Assembly: GCF_000012905.2 (NCBI RefSeq)
Contig: NC_007493.2
Coordinates: forward strand, 2,610,001-2,642,000
Origin: Cereibacter sphaeroides 2.4.1
Lineage (GTDB): Bacteria > Pseudomonadota > Alphaproteobacteria > Rhodobacterales > Rhodobacteraceae
Reading direction: 5' to 3'
Length of the DNA stretch: 32,000 nucleotides
Position 1 is the stretch's first letter, and the number at the start of each line of letters is the position of its first letter. Made by a program: the position numbers and the translations under genes. Below the pieces are notes generated by a model, which saw only the letters and a list, made by a program, of their open reading frames with translations, was not told the origin of the DNA and did not search any database. Shown here in pieces: positions 26,411 to 32,000 of this stretch.

Positions 26411-27763
26411 TCAGCCGTGGTAGGCCGACTCGCCGTGGGCGGTCTGGTCGAGACCGATCCGCTCGCTCTCGGTGTCTACGCGCAGGCCCACCACCAGATC
26501 GGCGATCTTGAAGGCCACGACCGAGACGATGGCCGTCCAGATCAGCGTCACCACCACGGCCTGCGCCTGGATGATCGTCTGGCCGACGATGGAATAGTCG
26601 TCGCCGTTCACGCCGCCGAGGCTCGCCGCCGAGAAGATGCCGGTGCCGATGGCGCCGATGATGCCACCCACGCCGTGGATGCCGAAGACGTCGAGGCTGT
26701 CGTCATAGCCCATGGCGTTCTTCACGGTCGTCACGAAGAAGTAGCAGACCGCCGAGGCGATGGCGCCGAGCACGATGGCGCCCATCGGGCCGATGGTGCC
26801 GCAGGCCGGGGTCACGGCCACGAGGCCCGCGATCATGCCCGAGGCCGCACCCAGCATCGAGGCCTTGCCGCGCGCCAGACCCTCGATCAGCGACCAGGCG
26901 ACGACGGCCGCGGCAGTGGCCACGAAGGTGTTGATCATGGCGAGCGTGGCGCCGCCGTTGGCCTCGAGGTTCGAGCCCACGTTGAAGCCGAACCAGCCGA
27001 ACCACAGCATCGAGGCACCGATCATGGTCATGACCATCGAGTGCGGCGCCATGTTCTCCTTGCCGAGACCGATCCGCTTGCCGACCATCACCGCGCCGAT
27101 CAGCGCCGCGACGCCCGCGTTGATATGGACAACGGTGCCGCCCGCGAAGTCGATGGCGCCCCAGTTGAAGATCAAGCCCGAGGCATCCCAGACCATGTGG
27201 GCGATCGGGAAATAGGCGAAGGTCACCCAGATCACGGTGAAGATCAGCACGGCCGAGAATTTGATCCGCTCGGCGAAGCCCCCGATGATCAGCGCGGGCG
27301 TCAGCGCCGCGAAGGTCATCTGGAAGCAGATGAACAGATATTCCGGGATCACGAAGCCGTCCGAGAAGGTGGCGGCCATGCTGTCGGTCGTCACGCCGGC
27401 CAGGAAGAGCTTGCCCATGCCGCCCCAGAACGGGCTGGTGCCGCCGCCGAAGGCGAAGGAATAGCCGTAGATCACCCAGATCACCATGACGGTGCAGCCG
27501 ATCAGCGTGGTCTGCATCAGCACCGACAGCATGTTCTTCGCGCGCACGAGACCGCCGTAGAACAGCGCGATCCCCGGCAGGATCATGAAGAACACGAGCA
27601 CGGTGGACATCAGCATCCAGGCGACGTCGCCCTTGTCCATCACCGGCGTCACGACGGCCTCGGCGGCCTCTGTCACGACTTCGGCGGCTTCCTGCGCCCA
27701 GGCGGGCAGGGCCGCGGCCGCGGCCAGCGCGGTCAGCCCCATCAGTTGCGAGATCTTCTTCAT
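26411..27763 (-). CDS. amtB: Ammonium transporter
   Basis: 450-aa ORF with a signal peptide, then DKGDVAWMLMSTVLVFFM...DFAGGTVVHINAG...GIHGVGG (Amt family signatures). Confidence 0.96.
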   Translation of the reverse strand: MKKISQLMGLTALAAAAALPAWAQEAAEVVTEAAEAVVTPVMDKGDVAWMLMSTVLVFFMILPGIALFYGGLVRAKNMLSVLMQTTLIGCTVMVIWVIYGYSFAFGGGTSPFWGGMGKLFLAGVTTDSMAATFSDGFVIPEYLFICFQMTFAALTPALIIGGFAERIKFSAVLIFTVIWVTFAYFPIAHMVWDASGLIFNWGAIDFAGGTVVHINAGVAALIGAVMVGKRIGLGKENMAPHSMVMTMIGASMLWFGWFGFNVGSNLEANGGATLAMINTFVATAAAVVAWSLIEGLARGKASMLGAASGMIAGLVAVTPACGTIGPMGAIVLGAIASAVCYFFVTTVKNAMGYDDSLDVFGIHGVGGIIGAIGTGIFSAASLGGVNGDDYSIVGQTIIQAQAVVVTLIWTAIVSVVAFKIADLVVGLRVDTESERIGLDQTAHGESAYHG

Positions 27764-27789
27764 TTTACCCTATCCCTCTGCCGGCCGCG

Positions 27790-28128
27790 TCAGAGCGCGT
27801 CGTCGTTGATTTCGCCCGTGCGCACGCGGACGGCCTGTTCGACGTCCAGCACGAAGATCTTGCCGTCGCCGATCTTGTCGGTCTTGGCGGTGGTGCGGAT
27901 CGTCTCGACGACCGACTCGGCCAGCCCGTCCGACACGACGATCTCGAGGCGGACCTTCGGCACGAAGTTCACGGCATATTCCGCCCCGCGGTAGATTTCC
28001 GTGTGGCCGGACTGGGAGCCGAAGCCCTTGATCTCGGTCACCATCATGCCGCGCACGCCGATGGTGGTGAGCGCCTCGCGCACCTCCTCCAGCTTGAACG
28101 GCTTGATTGCTGCGATGATGAGTTTCAC
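27790..28128 (-). CDS. glnK: Nitrogen regulatory protein P-II
   Basis: (M)KLIIAAIKPFKLEEVREAL...GFGSQSGHTEIYRGAEY (T-loop Tyr51)...TGEINDDAL, 112 aa. GTG start at 28128 with AGGGGA upstream. Called glnK because it sits directly upstream of amtB. Confidence 0.95.
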   Translation of the reverse strand: MKLIIAAIKPFKLEEVREALTTIGVRGMMVTEIKGFGSQSGHTEIYRGAEYAVNFVPKVRLEIVVSDGLAESVVETIRTTAKTDKIGDGKIFVLDVEQAVRVRTGEINDDAL

Positions 28129-28239
28129 GACGATCCCCTGTTCTGCTTGGGCCGCTTCGGACCCCACGGGGTCACAAGGCTTGCTCCGGGCGCAGCGCAC
28201 AACAAATCGGCGGCAGAAGAAGAGAGGGCGAACGGGGAA

Positions 28240-28256
28240 GTTGCACATCTTTTGCA
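28240..28256. promoter_or_regulatory. TTGCAC-N5-TTGCAC element in the divergent glnK / PBP control region
   Basis: TTGCACATCTTTTGCAC lies in the only A/T-rich stretch between the two genes. A third TGCA core is at 28284-28287. Function and strand are unresolved (see finding). Confidence 0.3.
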
Positions 28257-28388
28257 CTACAGCGCCCATTCGCCCAATTTTAATGCAACATGCGGAGAGG
28301 AATTGAAGACGCGCCCGCTCCACATTCGCGGCCCCTGCAGGTAGAGTCGCGGCAAAGTCCACAAGAGACAAAAGGCGGGCAACGAGGC

Positions 28389-30779
28389 ATGAGCGGGTCG
28401 AACGGGCGGCGTCCACCGCTGATCGCGGACAGGCGGTACGGGCCGTCTGCCGCGAAGAAGACGGCATCGAACGGAGGCGGCGGCCGGGGCTCCAAGCCTC
28501 CGCCGAAAGCCGCGCCGAAACGACGGACGAAGAAGCGCGATCCGCTTTCGGCGGCGGTGGCGTGGGTCTTCGGGCTGATCTGGGGAATCGTGATGTTCTT
28601 CTGGCGCATCCTCTGGGGCGTGGGCTGGCGCATCCTCGCGGCCGTGGCCCTCGTCGTGGGCCTGTCCTCCTATTATTTCTATTCGCAGCTGCCCGAGGTG
28701 GCCCAGCTCGTCGACGGACGCGCCCGCGGCTCGGTCACGATGCTCGACCGCGAGGGTAAGGTCTTCGCCTGGCGCGGCGAGACCTACGGCGGCATGGTCA
28801 CTTCGGACAAGGTCTCGAAATACCTGCGCGAGGCGGTCGTCGCCACCGAGGACCGGCGGTTCTACCGCCATTTCGGCGTGAGCCCCCGCGGCATCGCTTC
28901 GGCCGTGCGCATCAACCTGAGCGAGGGGCGCGGGCCGCTGGAAGGCAACGGCGGCTCGACCATCACGCAGCAGGTGGCCAAGCTTCTGTGCCTCGGCGTC
29001 CAATACGATCCGAAGGAATGGAAGAGCGAGGCCGACTACGAGGCCGACTGCCGCAAGGGCGGGATCTGGCGGAAGGTGAAGGAGGTGCCCTTCGCCCTCG
29101 CGATGGAGGCGAAATACACCAAGGCCGAGATCCTGACGATCTACTTCAACCGCGCCTACCTCGGCGCGGGCGCGCGCGGCTTCGAGGCTGCGGCGCAGCG
29201 CTACTTCGGCAAGTCGGCGAGCGAGGTGAGCGCCTCCGAAGCCGCGATGCTGGCGGGCCTTCTGAAGGCGCCCTCCTACTACGCGCCCACGGCCAACCTC
29301 GAGCGCGCGCGCGACCGGGCGAATGTCATCATCGGCCTCATGGAGGAGCAGGGCTACCTGACCCGCGCCGAAGCCGATCAGGCCCGCGCCCATCCGGCAC
29401 AGCTCTCCGAGGCGGCGCAGAGCCGCTCCGGCGGCTTCTTCGCCGACTGGGTGATGGAATCGGGCCCGGCCTTCCTGACCCGCGACACGACCGAGGATGT
29501 CATCATCCGCACGACGCTCGACCAGCGGCTGCAGCGCGCGGCGGAAGGCGCGCTCGATGACGTGTTCAAGACCAAGGTGAGCGAGGGCTCCAAGGCGCAG
29601 GCGGCGGTCGTGGTCATGTCGGCCGACGGCGCGGTGCGCGCCATGGTCGGCGGGCGCAAGGTTCAGGCGGCGGGCTCGTTCAACCGCGCGACCCAGGCGC
29701 TGCGGCAGACGGGCTCGGCGTTCAAGCCCTTCATCTATGCCGCCGCGATGGATCTGGGCTACAGCCCCGCGGACTTCGTCGACGACAGCCCACTCACCGT
29801 GATGGTGAAGGGCTCGGGCCCCTGGTCGCCCTCGAACTACGACCGGAAGTTCCGCGGGATCGTGACGCTGACCAGCGCGCTCAAGCAGTCGCTGAACATC
29901 CCCGCCGTCCGCATCACCGAGGCCGTGGGCCGCGAGAAGGTGCGTCAGGTGGCGTCGGAATTCGGCATCCAGAGCGATCTCGCCGCCGGGCCCGCGCTTG
30001 CGCTCGGCGTGTCGGAGGCCACGCTCCTCGAGATGACCGGTGCCTATGCGGGCATCCTGAACGGCGGCTCGGCAGTGAAGCCCTACGGGCTCGTCGAACT
30101 CCGCCTGCAGGGCGAGGATACGCCACTGATCGGTCAGGAGGGCGGCATCGGCGAGCGGGTGATCTCCGAGCAGGCGGCCCAGCTTCTGACCTACATGATG
30201 ACCCAGGTGATCGAGAGCGGCACCGGCGCCCGGGCCCGCCTGCCGGGCTGGGAGGCCGCGGGCAAGACCGGCACCACCCAGGCGGCCCGCGATGCATGGT
30301 TCGTGGGCTTCACCGCCGATTATGTGGCGGGCGTCTGGATGGGCTACGACGACAACACACCGCTGAAGGGCGTGACGGGCGGGGGGCTTCCCGCCGACAT
30401 CTGGCGCGAAGTGATGGTGCGGGTCCACGAGGGGCTTCAGCCCCAGCCGCTGAAGAAGATCGTGCCCGAGCCGCGCATGCCGCCGCAGACGACGGCCGAC
30501 GTGCGCACCGATCCCGTGCCGCAGGACACGGGCGACTGGCAGGCGCAGCGCCCGAACGATACCGGCGACTGGCAGGCGGCCCCCCCGTCCGCCGAGCGCG
30601 GGCGAGCAGATCGTGCGCGACGTGCTCGGCATCTTCGGCGGCGGCGGGCGGAACTGAGGTCCCGCCCTGCCCGGCCCCCGCCGCCTTGCCGGGCGGCGGG
30701 CCTTGCCTTGCAGACGAAGGTCGGGGCCGAGGGGCCGCCCTCCGCATCGCCCGTGCGGGCGTCACGCACAGCTCCCTGA
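28389..30779 (+). CDS. Class A penicillin-binding protein (glycosyltransferase + transpeptidase, PBP1A family); the 3' end as written is probably frameshifted, with the likely real stop at 30655-30657
   Basis: MSGSNG... basic cytoplasmic tail, one TM helix, GT51 motifs (EDRRFYRHFGV, GGSTITQQVAK, RKVKE), and transpeptidase motifs SAFKP, SNY and KTGTT. ATG 28389 lies inside ORF 28290..30779. Confidence 0.9.
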   Translation: MSGSNGRRPPLIADRRYGPSAAKKTASNGGGGRGSKPPPKAAPKRRTKKRDPLSAAVAWVFGLIWGIVMFFWRILWGVGWRILAAVALVVGLSSYYFYSQLPEVAQLVDGRARGSVTMLDREGKVFAWRGETYGGMVTSDKVSKYLREAVVATEDRRFYRHFGVSPRGIASAVRINLSEGRGPLEGNGGSTITQQVAKLLCLGVQYDPKEWKSEADYEADCRKGGIWRKVKEVPFALAMEAKYTKAEILTIYFNRAYLGAGARGFEAAAQRYFGKSASEVSASEAAMLAGLLKAPSYYAPTANLERARDRANVIIGLMEEQGYLTRAEADQARAHPAQLSEAAQSRSGGFFADWVMESGPAFLTRDTTEDVIIRTTLDQRLQRAAEGALDDVFKTKVSEGSKAQAAVVVMSADGAVRAMVGGRKVQAAGSFNRATQALRQTGSAFKPFIYAAAMDLGYSPADFVDDSPLTVMVKGSGPWSPSNYDRKFRGIVTLTSALKQSLNIPAVRITEAVGREKVRQVASEFGIQSDLAAGPALALGVSEATLLEMTGAYAGILNGGSAVKPYGLVELRLQGEDTPLIGQEGGIGERVISEQAAQLLTYMMTQVIESGTGARARLPGWEAAGKTGTTQAARDAWFVGFTADYVAGVWMGYDDNTPLKGVTGGGLPADIWREVMVRVHEGLQPQPLKKIVPEPRMPPQTTADVRTDPVPQDTGDWQAQRPNDTGDWQAAPPSAERGRADRARRARHLRRRRAELRSRPARPPPPCRAAGLALQTKVGAEGPPSASPVRASRTAP
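30677..30700 (+). terminator. GC hairpin downstream of the probable true PBP stop
   Basis: CCCGCCGCC (30677-30685) pairs with GGCGGCGGG (30692-30700), with a 6-nt loop. There is no clear U-tract. Confidence 0.35.
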
Positions 30780-30782
30780 ACT

Positions 30783-30809
30783 GAAAACGCCGCCCCAAGG
30801 GGCGGCGTT
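30783..30809 (-). terminator. Rho-independent terminator downstream of the mlaC-like gene
   Basis: AACGCCGCCC(C) at 30786-30796 pairs with (G)GGGCGGCGTT at 30799-30809. On the minus strand it is followed by TTTTC. It begins 24 nt past the stop at 30834. Confidence 0.75.
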
Positions 30810-30833
30810 CTGCAGTCTCGGGAGGGTCTCGCC

Positions 30834-31457
30834 TCAGCTCGCGCGGCGCAGCTGTTCGGTCAGCGCCGGGATCGAGCCGCGGTTGCGGTCCAGAAGCGCG
30901 CCGACCTCGGCCCGCTCGGACGCCAGCATGTTCACGCCCTCGATGATGATGTTGAAGAAGGCCGGGCGGCCCGACCGGTCCGACACATGCCAGCGGACCT
31001 CGAACGGGTTCTCGTTGCGCAGATAGGCGGTCGAGATCACCTCGACGGCGCTCTTCATCGGACGCGCATCGTTGACCTTGATCTCGCTGCCGATGAACTC
31101 GCGGAAGCGCTTGCCGTATTTCCGGGCGATATAGCCCTGGTAGGCCTGGGTGAAGGCCGAGATCTCCTGCCGGCTCGCGCTGCGGGCGGCGACACCCAGC
31201 GCCGTGCGGGCGATGGCCGGCACGTCGGCATAGCGCGCGAAGAGCCGCTCGAAATCGGCATACATCTGCCCCTCGGACTTGCCCGAGTTGATCGTCCGGT
31301 TCACCTGGGCCACCGCCTCGACCACCAGCGCACGCGCCGTGCCGGTATCGAGCGCCTGAGCCCGCCAGGGCAGAAGGGCCGCGGCAACGCCCGCCGCGAG
31401 GCCCATCGTCACGGTGCGGCGGCTGGGCCGGAGGTCGAAGGGAAGATCATTGGGCAT
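30834..31457 (-). CDS. MlaC/Ttg2D-family periplasmic phospholipid-binding protein
   Basis: Starts at MPNDLPFDLRPSRRTVTMGLAAGVAAALLPWRAQA (export signal with an SRR motif) within ORF 30834..31634. The body (FERLFARYADVPAIAR...YIARKYGKRF...FEVRWHV) fits the toluene-tolerance Ttg2D/MlaC family. Confidence 0.82.
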   Translation of the reverse strand: MPNDLPFDLRPSRRTVTMGLAAGVAAALLPWRAQALDTGTARALVVEAVAQVNRTINSGKSEGQMYADFERLFARYADVPAIARTALGVAARSASRQEISAFTQAYQGYIARKYGKRFREFIGSEIKVNDARPMKSAVEVISTAYLRNENPFEVRWHVSDRSGRPAFFNIIIEGVNMLASERAEVGALLDRNRGSIPALTEQLRRAS

Positions 31458-32000
31458 CGAATTCCTCATATGGATCGATGGCGTAGGGGTCGATGTAGGC
31501 ATCGTCCGCCCCGCCGGTCTGGCCGAGCTCGAAACGCCGGTTCTGAAGATAGAGGAGCCGGGTCTGCGAGTAGCTATCGGCGCTTTCATATAGAACCGAG
31601 TCGATCGTTTCGGAATAGCGGGCCCGATCACCAAGTATTGAGCCGGCCTCCGCCGCCCTGCCGGCCGTCCGCACGCCCGAGGGCACGATGAGCCGCAGCG
31701 GGTTCAGCGCCACGTCCACCACATCGCCCACGAGGTCGCGCTCGGTGCGCGGCCCGAGGAACGGCACCTCGCCGTAGACACCTTCGTTCGCGCCCCAGAC
31801 ATAGAGCGTCTCGCCGAAGTCCGTGTTGCGCCCCTCGATCCCCATGGCGTGCGCCGGGTCGAACAGGCCGCCGATCCCGATCGTCGTGTTGACGACGAAG
31901 CGGGCCGCATTCTCGACGGCGGCGCCCGGCCGCCCCTGCAGCAGGCTGTTCAGCGTCTCGCCCGGCAGGTCGAGGTTGTCGGCGAAGTTGTTGATGCCGC
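31447..32000 (-). CDS. mlaA: MlaA/VacJ family lipoprotein, C-terminal part (5' end outside the window)
   Basis: The reading frame is open from 32000. It reads NNFADNLDLPGETLNSLLQGRPGAAVENAARFVVNTTIGIGGLFDPA...FGETLYVWG, the VacJ signature region. It overlaps the mlaC-like start by 11 nt. Confidence 0.9.
   Translation of the reverse strand, partial: GINNFADNLDLPGETLNSLLQGRPGAAVENAARFVVNTTIGIGGLFDPAHAMGIEGRNTDFGETLYVWGANEGVYGEVPFLGPRTERDLVGDVVDVALNPLRLIVPSGVRTAGRAAEAGSILGDRARYSETIDSVLYESADSYSQTRLLYLQNRRFELGQTGGADDAYIDPYAIDPYEEFDAQ

Overview
High-GC, gene-dense and almost entirely housekeeping chromosomal DNA. Gene content and order suggest a Rhodobacteraceae-type alphaproteobacterium (Rhodobacter/Cereibacter-like); that is inference only. 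I support 34 protein-coding genes. In order they are: leuB (partial), a secreted EEP-family protein, a membrane protein, leuD, an HdeD/DUF308-like membrane protein, leuC, a SOUL-family protein, rsfS, rlmH, rnhA, a small TetR-like regulator, an atypical receiver-domain protein plus a small orphan protein, a MalY/PatB-type C-S lyase, three tandem peptide deformylase paralogs plus fmt, smc, a GNAT acetyltransferase, a DMT/EamA transporter, a split MnmC (methyltransferase and FAD oxidoreductase as divergent genes), an Slt70-like lytic transglycosylase, dapA, smpB, sseA, an AspC/TyrB-type aminotransferase, glnK-amtB, a class A PBP, and mlaC-like plus mlaA (partial). I found no rRNA, tRNA, CRISPR array, IS/transposase, integrase or recognisable defence or toxin-antitoxin module. 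I do not see a convincing new multi-gene system here. The items most worth a second look are: (1) the def-def-def-fmt array, whose third copy has lost the metal-ligand Cys and the catalytic Glu; (2) a codon-bias-supported frameshift at a C7 run near the 3' end of the PBP gene; (3) a perfect 14-bp hairpin with a tRNA T-loop-like loop in the smpB leader; (4) an A/T-richer islet with an atypical receiver protein; (5) two genes that seem to need CTG start codons. The many long ORFs antisense to real genes are high-GC shadow ORFs.
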